Notes: generated by a model from the sequence alone, not told the origin. A stretch of DNA of 64,000 bases from Octopus vulgaris (GCA_951406725.2 OX597823.1:59892001-59956000); one strand, 5' to 3'. Shown: positions 39,521 to 53,974, counted from the stretch's first letter. Translations and numbers: made by a program.

Positions 39521-39720
39521 TTAACCCCAGATTACTCTGTCAAATGTGACAACGCTTATCTATTCACATCGTTTTTTAATGTATCCTGCATTATCTCTCA
39601 GCTTTGATATTTCGATTAAGTGATTGTATATTTTTAAGGCTAACATTGTAGGGTAGGTGTGTGAGGCAGGACCTGGCCAGTTTGAACATAAAACAAAAAG
39701 AATATTTTGGCCAGAAATTT
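39521..39720. mobile_element. piggyBac-like MITE, partial second copy
   Basis: Reverse-complement similarity to 36379-36604 (GCTTATCTATTCA, ACATTGTAGG). Confidence 0.7.
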
Positions 39721-39819
39721 CCTAAAAGAAATTTGCTATATTCAATATCTTATTCACTTTTTTTTTTTTACTATATTCAGATATTGCTGATAATTTCAAA
39801 CTAATAAATTATTTTCCCC

Positions 39820-41133
39820 AGCATTTTTGCACCAGTCATTGCAATTGCACCTGCAGGAATTTTGATTTGTGTACTGTGGTGAAAATCTTCTTCATTGTAA
39901 TTAAAATGGCACCAAAGCGAAAAGAATTGTCTGAAGATTTGAAAACAATTATTTTTAATTTGCACGAGAGTGGTTTAGGATACAAGTTAATTAGTAAACG
40001 AATACATACTAGCGTAAACACAGTTACCGAAGTAATATAGAAGTACAAAGTTACTGGATGGATAAGCAATAAATATCTTTCAGGTTGTCCTATTTTAACT
40101 GTACATGATATTTACAACATCCATGTTACGTGATGGATGACAGGCATCGTACCGGTTCGTCTTTGGCACAAGAAGGTTCCTCTGTTAGTGGAAAGATTAT
40201 ATCCACCCAAAGAGTACGTTGAAGTTTGAACCAGTGTGGTCTCCATGGACACATTCCTCGTAGGAAACGTCTCTTCACTACCAGGCATAAATCAAGTCGT
40301 CTTTCTTTTGCCGAAACCTATGTGAGTAAGAGGAAGAAGTTTTGGAATAAAATTCTTTTTTCTGACGAGACTAAAATCAACTTTTTTGGGTCAGATAGTT
40401 ATTAAACGAGTATGGTGACGACCAGGTGAAGATAATAGCAACCAATGCACTGTGCATACCATGAAACACGGTGGTGGAAGTGTTATGCTTTGAGGATGCA
40501 TGAGTGTGGGTGGTGAGGGAGGACTCATATTTATTGAGAGAACAATGGATTCAAGGCTTTATTGTGACATATTGAAAAGCATCAAGGAACTGGGAAGATA
40601 TTCCTTGTTCCAAGATGGTTATGACCATAAACTCACTTCAAAGATGATGACTGAGATTTTATCAGATAAAAAGGTAAAGGTATTGCCTTGGCCTACCATG
40701 TCACCTGATTTAAACCCAATAGAACATATGTGGGGTGTTTTGAAATGGAAAGTTGAGGAGAAAAACCCGGCAATGTAACACAGTTAAAAGACATCATTCA
40801 TGAAGGTCGATTTCATCGGGTTATATGTGGAAATTTAGATGACTCCATGCCTAGAAGACTTAATGTAGTCATTGAAAGCAAAGATGGTCACACTAACTAT
40901 TGAATATAGCAAATTTTCTTTAGGGTGTACATATTTTTGTATCATTTGAAAATTAATATTTCGTTCATATCTGTGAAAACGTTTGTTGCATTGTGTTCCA
41001 AATTTGTATAATGTTTGCATGTATAATATATTTTATTCAGTGTAAATTTCATTTGATTCCCTTCAATATTATCAGAGTAAAAGCAACGTTACTGAAATTG
41101 TTTAGGGGTGTACATACTTCTGTGAGATACTCT
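39820..41133 (+). mobile_element. Tc1 transposon with near-complete decayed transposase (39906-40903) and right terminal repeat
   Basis: MAPKRKELSEDLK; WNKILFSDETKINFFGSD; KHGGGSVML*GCM; WPTMSPDLNPIEHMWGVLK; GHTNY*. Direct repeats GGGTGTACATA at about 40923 and 41106. Terminus GAGATACTCTA runs into TA. Confidence 0.93.
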
Positions 41134-41137
41134 ATAA

Positions 41138-41197
<60 letters not shown>

Positions 41198-41202
<5 letters not shown>

Positions 41203-41331
41203 TATGTGATATGTGATAACTGTAAACCTATTTTGGGCCATCCTGTGTATATATATATTTATATATATATATATATACACACACAGGATGGCCCAAAATA
41301 GTTTTACAGTTATCACATATCACATAGGCAT
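41198..41331. repeat. 51-bp inverted repeat around a (TA)n spacer
   Basis: 41198-41248 and 41281-41331 are reverse complements with one mismatch. Confidence 0.95.
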
Positions 41332-41560
41332 TTTCGTTTTTGTCACACCTGACAGATTGGTAGGAACAGAAATGCACCAAGGACTCCTTATCTGTAGAAC
41401 TGATAGTCCTTGCTCTCTCATCAGTTTCCCAAATACCCATGTCTTTATGAACTGGCAAATCCCAGAGTACTGCCATATTTTCATCCTCTAACAATTTTTC
41501 TAGAATATCTTCATGCCATTTCCATTTTGTCAGTATTTTAAAATTTTGAGCTGGTGTTTC
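41332..41560 (-). mobile_element. Decayed Dong/R4-type LINE fragment
   Basis: LEDENMAVLWDLPVHKD resembles the ENxxxxILWDxPIHTD segment preceding RPD in this family. Confidence 0.55.
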
Positions 41561-41662
41561 TATATCATCGTCATCGTCATCACCAGCAGCAGCGGTAGCA
41601 ACAGCAGAAGTAGCACCATCATCATCACCATTGTCATCATCATCACCATTGTCAACATCACT

Positions 41663-41718
<56 letters not shown>

Positions 41719-42019
41719 ATCATCACCATCGTCATCATTATCATCATACAGTGCCTGTTCATCACATCATGTCTGTATTATGAAATTTGCAAGTTCACAG
41801 AGATACATAAAGATGTATATACATGTGGTTGAATGTACACCAGAGGCATAGACTCATATACACACCCAGACAGTGATTAAAAGATTAAGCTTGTTATGAA
41901 TTCATTTTCCCATCAAGATATCTCAAATTAGTAAGTTCTTGACAATTCTAGACAATAACGATGCTTTCCACTGTGCTTTTAATGAACGCAACATAACATT
42001 ACTGATACAGATAATAATA

Positions 42020-42064
<45 letters not shown>

Positions 42065-42200
42065 GTGATGATGATGGTGGTGGTGGTGGTGGTGGTGGTG
42101 GTGGTGGCGGCGGCGGCGGCGGCGACGACGGCGACGACGATAGTAGTAGTAGTAATAATAATGAGGATGATGACGACGACGATGATGATGATGATTATAA

Positions 42201-42258
<58 letters not shown>

Positions 42259-42259
42259 T

Positions 42260-42350
42260 CAGTTGTCTCATTTTTATCATGTGCTTTCATGGCACTACCG
42301 AGCACAGCTCTGTGCACATTAGTTATGTGCTGTGGTTTGTTGTGATGCTC
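42260..42350 (-). mobile_element. Dong/R4-type 3' UTR fragment
   Basis: Shares CACTACCGAGCACAGCTCTGTG...TATGTGCTGTG.TTTGTTGTGATGCTCT with 23976-24068; abuts (TTA)n. Confidence 0.8.
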
Positions 42351-42790
42351 TTATCACCTCTGCCTTCGCTAACGCAGAGGTATTGTTTTCAGTTGTGTTT
42401 GTTTGTTTGTCCGTGAACAGGATATCTCATGAACTGCTGGATGGATTCGGATGAAACTTTCAGGGGTGTTTGGCCTCGTGACTGGCACGAACTGATTAGA
42501 TTTTGGGATCAGTCTGGTACCGCACAAGGATTCTGGATTATTTGTTATATTTACTTTGCTTTACATGATTATGATCTTATGTTAACTTTCAAGTCTTTCT
42601 TTATTATTTCCCTTTAGGTTGTATCTATTTTGAATGGTGAATTTAACTTTGACTTGTTTTAGATAAGAATAAACTATATATTACTGTTACTAAATTTTCT
42701 CTGGCCACCTTCACATTCCATGACTACCATTGGGATCAATCAGGTACTGGACAAGGATTCTGATTAATTTTCTGGTTTTACTTAATTTTT
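42351..42790 (+). mobile_element. Helentron-associated (HINE/DINE-like) non-autonomous element
   Basis: Starts with hairpin ACCTCTGC...GCAGAGGT, then (GTTT)n and GGATGGATTCGGATGAAACTT. CAAGGATTCTG block repeated internally. Confidence 0.6.
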
Positions 42791-42799
42791 GAGAGCGAT

Positions 42800-43060
42800 T
42801 CTATTGCAGTCTTTTGTTGAGTCACTTAGTTACAGAAATGTAAACAACAAACTATGGTTGTCAAGCAGTGGTGAAGGGACAAACACAGTTATAGACATGC
42901 ACAAACAAATATATCTACATATATATTTATATATGACAGGCTTCTCTCTGTTTCCTTCTACCAAATCCACCCGCAAGGCTTTGGTCAGCTCAAGGCTATA
43001 GTAGAAGACCCTTGCCCAAGGTGCCACACAGTGGGACTGAACCTGGAACCATGTGGTTCT
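42800..43060 (-). mobile_element. SINE family A, partial
   Basis: Family head and central region in reverse. Confidence 0.8.
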
Positions 43061-43779
43061 TACTACACTGTGACGTCTGCACATGTTGCATCTTAATTTA
43101 TTTGGTTTTGCAATACAATCATCAGAATGCATATCAATACAGTTTTTACAAAAATACAGTACACAATTCCATGAGAGAAACACACACACACACACACACA
43201 CACACTAACTGTGTAGTGAAGAAACTCACTTTGTACCCATGTAGTTTTGGGTTCAATCCTACTGTGCAGCACCTTGAGCAAGTATCTCCACTATAGCCTT
43301 GTGAATGAATTTGGAAACTGAATGGAAGCCCATCATATATATAGAACAGAAACCCATTATATATAGTTATACGCATCCAACCCATGCCAGTATGGAAAAC
43401 ATGTTTAATGATGATGATGATGATGATTAGGAGGAGGAGGAGGATAAATGTGTGTGTGTGTGAGACTCTACCTCAGGGTATGACATCCAGTATTGGTTTG
43501 TTTAAATCCTAGTAACTGAGCAGTTCAGCAAAAGAGAACCAACAGAATAAGTAACTGATTTGAGAAAAGTACTGAGGTCAATTTGTTTGATGAATAACCC
43601 TCAAAGACATTGCACCAGCATAGCCACAGTCCAAACACCGAAAAAAATGAAAGATATATATTTTGTCAGTCTGAGCAGGATGAATGAAAATGTCTGACTA
43701 GTGCCAGGTTTGAACCCAGGATCATGAAGTTGAATCACTTCATTTCCAGTCATTCTACTACTAGTTTTGCTTTAATAAT

Positions 43780-44221
43780 CCTTTCTACTGTAGGCACAAG
43801 GCCTGAAATTTGGTGGGAAAGGGCTGAGTCAATTACATTGACTCCAGTATACAAATGGTATTTATTATATCGACCCCAAAAGGATGAAAGGCAAAGTTAA
43901 CCTCGATGGAATTTGAACTCAGAATGTAAAGACGGACGAAATGCCACTAAGCATTTTGCCTGGCATGCTAATGTTTCTGCCAGTTCGCCGCCTTAAGTTT
44001 TGCTTTAATAATCTTTTCTATTCTAGGCACAAGGCCCAAAATTTTGGGGGAGTGGCGAGGGGGGGGGCAGTCGATTAGATTGACATCAGTACACAACTGG
44101 TACTTAATTTACCGACCACAAAAGGATGAAAGGCAAAGTCGACCTCGGCAGAATTTGAACTCAGAACTCAGAACTAAGAATTTTGCCAGGCGTGCTAACA
44201 TTTCTGCCAGCTTGCCACCTT
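43780..44221 (-). mobile_element. Two tandem SINE family B copies sharing a triplicated 16-bp flank
   Basis: GTTTTGCTTTAATAAT at 43764, 43997 and 44222. Confidence 0.88.
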
Positions 44222-44549
44222 GTTTTGCTTTAATAATAACAATGCACTCTATAGCCCATACGTAAACACAAAACAAAATAAGGTAGTAGTAGTAGTAGTA
44301 GTGGTAGCGGTGGTGGTGGTGGTGGTAGGAAGAGGAGACAGAGAGTGGGGGGAGAGGAGGAGGTGGAAAAGGAGGAGGGGAGGTGGGGGCTTTAATTTAA
44401 TAGGAATTCTCAAGCAATCTAAAGAGAATCAGAATCATTTAGCTTGCGATATAAATGAGGAAACAAAATATATTTTCTTCTAATCAAATATGACTTTTTA
44501 AGTATTACATCCTAAATGACCAGAAGGGAAAAAATTACTTCTTACCATT

Positions 44550-44584
<35 letters not shown>

Positions 44585-45722
44585 TTTGATTATATATACA
44601 TATATATATATATATGATATATATGTAAGAACCTAAATTACCATGCTTGCATATATGCAGAAACAGGAAGTGTGTGTTTGTGTGCATATATATGTGTGTG
44701 TGTGTGTATGTATGTGTGTATATATATGTATGTATGTATTTATGTATGTATGTATGTATGTATGTATAAAGTGAGAGGTGGGGGTAGCTAGCTAGATAGA
44801 TATGAATATATAAACACACATATGTATGTGTGTCTATTTGTACAAAGAATTACATGTATGTGTGTGTATGTGTGTATGTACATATGTATGTGTGCATGTG
44901 TGCGTGCACATGGGTGTGCATGTGTGTGAGTATATATATGTGTGTATGTATGTATATTTGTATGTACGCATATACACACACAGAGTCACAAGCACACATA
45001 TATACAACTAACGCACAACCAGACTAACACACAGACATAAACATACACACTCTTCTCTCCACACACACACACACACACTCACACACATGCTCACACATAT
45101 AATATAAACACTCTGCAGTACTAAAAAAAAAAATTAAGGGCCCAAACAATTTGAAAAACAAATAAAATCATATTCAGCATTGTCCCCCTATAAGATAATT
45201 TGCAATCAGCATATATATTCAATCATGATTGATCGTCACTACTTGACTTGTGTAAATAAATTTCTTCGCATTTGGTTCAAATAATAAAATTATCAACTTC
45301 GCAATAAAATAAAATGTATGAGAAAGTAGTTTTATATATTAGACCCTACTGTTAAATTTACAAATCTATCAATCATTAATTTAAGGGTGAAACCATCAAT
45401 GGATGTTGTTGTTGTTGTTGTCATTCAGATTTTGTTCATTTTTTATTGCTTGTTTTGCATGTGTTTTATTTATGTGATTTTATTTATTTCTAAGTTTGTT
45501 CTAGTTGTTTTCATTGTTTGGTTGCGTTCATTGTTGTCATGGAAGAATTGTTGATTGCTTTTTCCTTCGTAATTGGTATTGTTATTTCATATATATTTTT
45601 TCTCTTGTTTTTTTTTTGCTTTGCTTAGTGCACCACATATATTTGATTAAATACTTATATATATACGCATAAAATATATATAGTATATATACATATATAT
45701 ATATATATGATGATGATGATGA

Positions 45723-45758
<36 letters not shown>

Positions 45759-45844
45759 CGTTATATATTTTGCATAGATACACATATATGTATATCTGTA
45801 TATATTTGCATGCATATATATATATATAGATATATATATATATG

Positions 45845-45889
<45 letters not shown>

Positions 45890-46699
45890 ATATATATATG
45901 TATGTATGTTTGTATATATGTATATGTATGCATATATGATTGAGAGATATATTAAAATATATGCGATCATTTTATTGAAATAAAAGCAACATGTATATGT
46001 GTGCAAGTGCGTCTATGATATATATGCCTATGCCTGTGTATGTATAGATAGAGAGATGAATAGAGAGAGAGAGAGAGGCACATGTGCATGTATAAGCATG
46101 CATGCGTGTGCATGCATGTATATAAGAGGGGAGATTTTTTCTCCTTTATTATTGATGATAATACTTATGGAATGATAATTTCTTTTCTTAATTTATTTTC
46201 TATTACGCACTCAGATTAGACTCTGGAACAAAGAAAAAAGAAATAAAACAAAAAACTGGGAGGCACAATACCAAAAAAGAAAAAAAAAAACAAAAACAAA
46301 ACTAGAACAAACAAACACTTTGTAAACACTAAATTAAAAGGGATATTTAATGTAAATAAAAGTGAGGAAAGGAGGTTGCATGGGTTTGAGGTTTTGGGGT
46401 TTCACTATCTGCTTGGGTTATTTTCTTTTGGTGATAAGCATAAGTGTTTAAAAACAAGTTAAAAATAACAAATTGATTTCAATAAGTGATAGTTATTTTC
46501 CATATTTGAAAATGCACTGTGGTTCTAACTTATTTGAGAAGTTGACAGCAATAATAATTTGTTTTGTGTTTTTTTCCCCTAGATCTATCTATTATTCATG
46601 ATTCATTTATACAAAGCATTAGGGGTATTACTTATTTAGCTATAACCTACTATGTTATGTCCAGCTCGGGACAAGTCAGATTTTTACTTTTTTGAGGGA

Positions 46700-46860
46700 T
46701 GCATGCTGATGAAATATGCTAGCTAAGAAGTTCACTTTGCAATCATTTCAGGTTCAATCTCCCGGCATGGTACCTTGGGAAAGTGTCTTCTACTACAGCC
46801 TTGGACTAACCAATGCCTTGTGAGTGAATCTTGTAGACAGAAACTTTGTGGCTCATTGTA
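46700..46860 (+). mobile_element. SINE family A head
   Basis: GGTTCAATC...CCTTGGGAAAGTGTCTTCTACTACAGCC...CCTTGTGAGTG. Confidence 0.75.
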
Positions 46861-46884
46861 TATATATATATGCACAACATGCAG

Positions 46885-47195
46885 GAAGTAAATAGACACC
46901 TTTACTTTCCAAAATCTTTTATTTGATATCAATTGGTTGAAGGAGAGGTTTTCTTCTAGCTGCTCGTCCATAATACCCAAGCTTATACAGATATGTAACA
47001 TACGTTCTTGGACTAACTTCTAGCTGTTTTGCAATGTCAGAAGCCTTCGAACAGGGCTCGTTTTCCCAAATTCTCTTCAAACAGCAAAGCTTCTTTCTGA
47101 GGGCCCAGTTCAGCCGGGACATGAATCTGTTGATTCTTTTCCTTGGCTTTTGAATTGCACTATAATTTTATAAACAGTAGCAAGAGGAATTTGAA
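46885..47195 (-). mobile_element. Tc1 transposase N-terminal fragment
   Basis: LQIPLATVYKIIVQFKSQG; ASDIAKQLEVSPRTYVTYLYKLGYYGRAARRKPLL (helix-turn-helix and RxARRKPLL motif). Confidence 0.85.
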
Positions 47196-47201
47196 GACAC
47201 A

Positions 47202-47236
<35 letters not shown>

Positions 47237-47630
47237 GCACACACGCGCACACACACACACATACATATATTATTTGAAACAGTTTGATTCAGCTCCAAGT
47301 AACTTAAAATTTCTCAGGACTCTAACAGAAATCCATCTTTTTCAGGCTTTAGATTTCTGAATAGAGAAACTGAAAGCCTGAACAAGATAGCTTCTGTTTG
47401 AGGCTTGCAAAATCTTTAAGTCACATTGAACCAAATTTTGTCAGTGGCTAATAAATTTAACATTGTTTAAAGTAACTTATTCTTATAACAACTTATTATT
47501 ATTACTTGGCACAGGTGTTCAAGCTGCATAAATTATTAATATTGAACTCCATCACATTAATCCTGTTTTTCATATATATATATATGTATATGTATAAAGC
47601 AAGTAAATAACAAGGATGTCAATGTATTTG

Positions 47631-47720
47631 TTTGTTACAGCCGTTTCAGGTGGATTCATTTAATCAAATAATACAAGCATTACATCTATTTGAAATATGC
47701 TGCCATCTTCAGATGCAAAA
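47631..47720 (-). ncRNA. Hammerhead ribozyme-like motif with extended stem II
   Basis: Minus strand CUGAAGA, a 58-nt hairpin including UCAAAUA/UAUUUGA, then GAAAC-GGCU-GUA. Stem I is weak. Confidence 0.5.
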
Positions 47721-48489
47721 TATAAGTTTTCAACTTACAGGATGTTCCATTATAACTTTTAGTGAATATTTCGACACGAGTGAAATAATAATAATAGTGA
47801 AGATATTTAATGTGGTTCGATGATTTTGCATCTATTTTCAGCATATAGGCATTTTCTATGCCTCTACTTATAATTGTATTAGCAATATATATATATACAC
47901 ACACAAAATATATATATACATATATATACACACAGACACACATATATCTATATCTATCTATATATACATATATATGTATCTATGTATAAACACACATGTG
48001 CACACACACACACACGCATATGCACATTTGAACATTGGTCTTGGGATTAAGATAAAACAAAAATGTCAATATATAATTTTTTTCCTCCTCTCAGACTGGG
48101 ATTTTCATTCTTTACCAAAACCATTTTTTCTTAAAGAAAATACACTTAAATTTTTGAATGCCTTTGGGAGAAATAAAAACATCACTCCTCATTTCTTCTT
48201 CCCTACAATATAAATTGTCTTTGTTACCCCCTTTTTTTTTTCTTTTTTTGCAAATTTGGTAACAAAAAGTACAAATGAAGTCTTGATATGACAGCTTATC
48301 TGCCAGCATCAAATATGATACACCCTGTAGGCTATGGACTGCAGTTAACTTGTGAACTTTCTAATGACATTTTCAGATAATTGCTTTTGCCAGTAAGTTT
48401 CTCTGGGCTCAGATTTCTGTGCAAAATTTTGCTAATATCCTGGGCAAATTCACTTTCACTTTTATTTCATTTTGTGTATGAAATTATCT

Positions 48490-48720
<231 letters not shown>

Positions 48721-48967
48721 GGCACGTAAGTATGTATATATGTGTAGCAAAAGGGTCAAAGGTTCTTCCCAAGCCATGGGCTCCTTAGGCCAATTTCCTG
48801 GATCTGTGGCATATATGTTCCCCACTGGGCAGGGTTCAAGCCTCTTGCAGAATTATTCAATTTTGAAAGACCACAATGCATCACTCAGTACAGGAACTGA
48901 AACCACAATCTTACAGTCATGAGCACAGCACTTAAACCACTATGCTATACACCTCCAAACACACATC

Positions 48968-49041
<74 letters not shown>

Positions 49042-50205
49042 CATATATATATAATATATATATATATAAATGTATGTATGTATTCCTAATTTCAGCAGTG
49101 GCAGTGTCATTATTTTTTATCATTGAAACATTAGATATTATACACTACTGCATCTGACTAAGCAATTGTCATTTCCAAGTGACAAAGATATCTAAAATAT
49201 CTAAATTGTTTACGCAACATTTTCCCCCCAAAAGATTTAACGAATAAAACAAAAGAAGCGAACATATATTCATAAACGGATTATTGGTGTTTGCAACAAA
49301 AGAAAGCAACGGAAACAAAATTTGCTCCAGCAGTCATAAGAAACCATTTTTATTTCTGGAAAACCGTGCCATGTCTCAAAAAAATCCCAATCCATTATTG
49401 CCTAATTTAATTATTGCTTCGTTTTTATTTTTCTCTTTCTTACTAATTCAGCGTTGGTTGATTATTTGATTTTAATACCATTATTCTATTCCCAAATATG
49501 TGTGTGTGTGTGTGTGTGTGTGCATGTATGCGAATATATGTTTATGCATATATATATATATATATATATATGCATATATGTACACATATACATATTTATT
49601 TGTAAAGATATGTATGAATGTGTGTACATATATATATAAATATACACATCCATACATCCATGTATATATACATATATATATATATATAAATATATATACA
49701 TACATACATATATATATATATATATGTATATTTATTTATATATATAGATAGATAGATAGATAGATAGATATAGATATACATACATGCAAAGACAGAGAGA
49801 TATATATATCTGTCATTCTATATGTATATATGTTTGTATATGCAAATATATACACATGTACACACATTTATATGTATACATATGTAAGTATATGTATGTA
49901 TGTGTGTATGTATGTGTGTATGTATGTATGTATGAAATGTATGTATGTATGTATGCTTGTGTGTGCATGTGCAAAAATCTAGAATAACAATGTATTTTGC
50001 AATCAGAGAAGACCTTCAACTTCAGTTGTTTCTTTGGGAGTGTTTTGTATATTGAAGCTATAAAGCATCATGTTACTTCACCCTACACCTCTAACTTCCA
50101 GGAATTGATAATAGCTTATTGGAAGGTAAATACTCAAGAGTCATCTAAGGAACAATTTATGTAGAAACAGAAAAACCTATAATCACATGTCACATGTGTA
50201 TACAT

Positions 50206-50249
<44 letters not shown>

Positions 50250-51245
50250 CCATATTCACACACATAAGCATACATGCATATACACACGTATACATCATAG
50301 CTAGATATACCACACTACTCATATATGTAAGTAAATGTAAGCAGATGAATAGATTGCATCTATGTAACTTATATATATACATATATATGTATGTACGTAC
50401 GTATGTATGTATGTATGTATGTATGTATGTATGTATGTATGTATGTATGTATGTATGTATGTATGTATCAATGTGTATTTATGAATATGTATATATAAAC
50501 ATAGTAGTAAGTATTGGCATATTCGGTATATTTTAAATATATACATACATACACACATGTATTTATACATACATATATTTACTTACACTTGTGTGTGTAT
50601 ATATATATACACACATATGATCATATATATATGATTACTTACATATACTTTCATATATGTATATATTCATATATATATATATATATATATGAATGTAATC
50701 ATTAGTGTGTAAAAAAATTATCCTAAAATATCAATACTGTACATACATATACACATATAGATATGTATGTATATGTATATTTATATATACGTATATGCGT
50801 CTATATATGTATATTTATGTATATGCATATCTATATATTTCTTTTTATGTGTATATGTTTACATCTCTGCCTACAGATAGATTGAGAGACAGATAATATT
50901 TTATATACATATATTTATATATATGTATATATATGTTGATATATATGGTATGTACAAATAATATCTTATATATATATATATTTTATGATATACTATATAA
51001 TATTTCTGCTTCCCAGAGGACATGATTGTTGAATGCAACTATTACAGTTGTCTATAGTTTTAACGACATTCTGTCATCTATTTAGCCTTTAATGTCTACC
51101 TTTGGTCAACTTTGGAGTTTCTTTCAGTTGCTCTTCTAATATATTTTTTTAAGTCGTCTTCTGTGTTTTTCACCATCTATCCCTATTTTTAATATATTTT
51201 TTGTAGTAATTTTCTCATGTGAATTCTAACTATTTTATCATGTAC

Positions 51246-51297
<52 letters not shown>

Positions 51298-51488
51298 TTA
51301 ATCTTCGTTTTCATCAACATCAATATCATAGTTGTCATCATTTGTCATCACCATGATTCTTTGGTGATTCATCCCAACAGCACAATCCTGGAATTATCAG
51401 AATGTAGATCACCTAGCTGTCAAGATTTCGTCCAGTTTGATTCTTGTTTACTTATCCATCATCATCACCATCGTCCATGTTGCTGTTG

Positions 51489-51523
<35 letters not shown>

Positions 51524-51601
51524 GTTGTCGTCATCATCTTTATCATCTTATTTTGATTTGTTTCATGCTGGTGAACTTTTTTCACAAAAACACACACATA
51601 A

Positions 51602-51635
<34 letters not shown>

Positions 51636-52456
51636 CATACATATATAATAATTCTTGGGCCATCACCAAGTAGGAGTATCATTTTACCATTATTTCCCAC
51701 AGTCCATTTCCAATTCACAGAGGCACTAGATTTGTGATTATACCTATAATTATTTCACATTCACCTATATTGGATCATTTCCTCATAGATCAGTTGTCAG
51801 TTGTTGTTTTCTACAACACATCCAGCCACCTCCCCTCACTTATCTCTGTGGCCAATGTCTGTGCTAATGTCATGGTTGCCCATGTGTGCGTATGTGCATG
51901 TCTATGTGTATGTGTTTATGAATGTGTATGTGTTAGTCTTTATGAATGAATATATGAGGATGTGCATATGTATGTACTTGTGTATGTGTGTGTATATATT
52001 TCAGTTATGTATCTGTAAGTGTTTATATTTATGTCTGTAACCCTCTTAGAATTTATGTTTTCAAAGAAATACACAAACACACATACATGTACACATACAT
52101 ACACTCATATATGCATATATTTATATGTATGCCTATATATGTATTCATTTTACATTTACATATATACATACACATACACTCCTCTGTGCTTGTGTTTCTT
52201 GGTGCATGTGTGTGTATGTGTGTATATGCATGTGTATATTTGCATGTATGTGTCTGTGTATGTGTGTATGTGTACACACATACACACATATATATTTATA
52301 GATAGATAGACAGAGATATTACTAGCTAGATAGATATGTATGTATATATATATATATATATATATTCATGTATGTAGATATATGAATATGTATGAATATA
52401 TATATATGTATGTAAGTATGTATGTATATACATATTATATATATACACATATTATA

Positions 52457-52501
<45 letters not shown>

Positions 52502-53084
52502 TATATATATATAAACATACACTTGTGTCCCTGTCTTTTAAATGGACACTTGAAATTGTTTCCCAAACTAATCTCAAACTTGATGTATTTTAAACAAACA
52601 TCTTTCTTGCTACTTTTTTTCTTTTAGTTGACCTCATTCACTTTGGAGGAAAAAATATGTCTTGTCATCATTTACACCTAAAATACAAAGTGTGTATATA
52701 AATTTATTTTTTCTTTTTGCATGTGTGTGTGGGTGTGTGTGTTTAAGAGTCAATTCTAGTAGCATGAGTTGTTATTTGATATCTTAGAATTATACATTAT
52801 ATCTAAAGAAAGTAACCATTAGTGAATTTTACTGGTAGAAAATGTTCGTTTTGTGAGGCTATCAAAATCTTTTACATGGTTCCAATCTTTTCAGATAACT
52901 TGTTTCATGACTACACCTATTCAATGTATGATTGCACATCTACCATTTATTCTGGTTTGGCTTCTGGAAGAGTACTGATATTAATCCTCATGTATGTATG
53001 CATGTAATGACGTATGTATGTATGTATGTATGTGTGTGTATGTATGTATGTATGTATATATATATTTATGTATGTATGCATGCA

Positions 53085-53115
<31 letters not shown>

Positions 53116-53289
53116 ATATATGTATGTATGCATGTATGTATGTATATATGTATGTATGTATGCATGTATGTATGTATGTAAAGACATACATGCACACATA
53201 TGCATACATATGTACCTACCTCGATATCTGTATTTATATATCTATTTATAAATACATATGTACATATATATGTATACATATATAGGTAT

Positions 53290-53340
<51 letters not shown>

Positions 53341-53420
53341 TTATTTATACATACACACATATATATATGTATAGTTGTATAGTTACATACACACACACAT
53401 ATATATAGACATACATATAT

Positions 53421-53462
<42 letters not shown>

Positions 53463-53894
53463 TCTTGCAATTTACCTCTGTATCTTCAATTTTGTTGTCC
53501 ACTTTAATGGACTGCTCCTGTCTCCCGCTCACCTACATTATGAATATATTTTTGGCTGCTGACAAGGAGATAGATAGATGTAAATGGTTTTTTTTTTCGA
53601 GAGTAAAGGGAGAAGAGGGGTAGTGTGGTTCCAATTTTTATTATTGTTGTTGTTATTGTTGTTTTGTTTGTTTCATGTTGTTTATTGTTGGTTATTTTTT
53701 TTTTATTCATATGATATGAAATATGTTTTCAGAACATTCATCTTTGTGGTTCTTGTCTCTCTTGTAATATCTTAAAGATATAGAAAGAAGTATGCAAATC
53801 AATCTTCCTTGCTGCTAACTTTCCAACAGTGTCCTGTCCCTTAGAATCAATGGAAATGTTATATATATATATAAATATATATACATATATACAC

Positions 53895-53943
<49 letters not shown>

Positions 53944-53974
53944 CACACACGCACATACACATATATATATATGT

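Noticed and set aside
41570-42190. (CAT)n and (ATG)n tracts in inverted orientation
   Set aside because: Expected by chance given the microsatellite density; no unique sequence is shared between the arms.
52925-52960. ATTGCAC miR-92-like seed
   Set aside because: The rest does not match miR-92 and no precursor hairpin is visible nearby.
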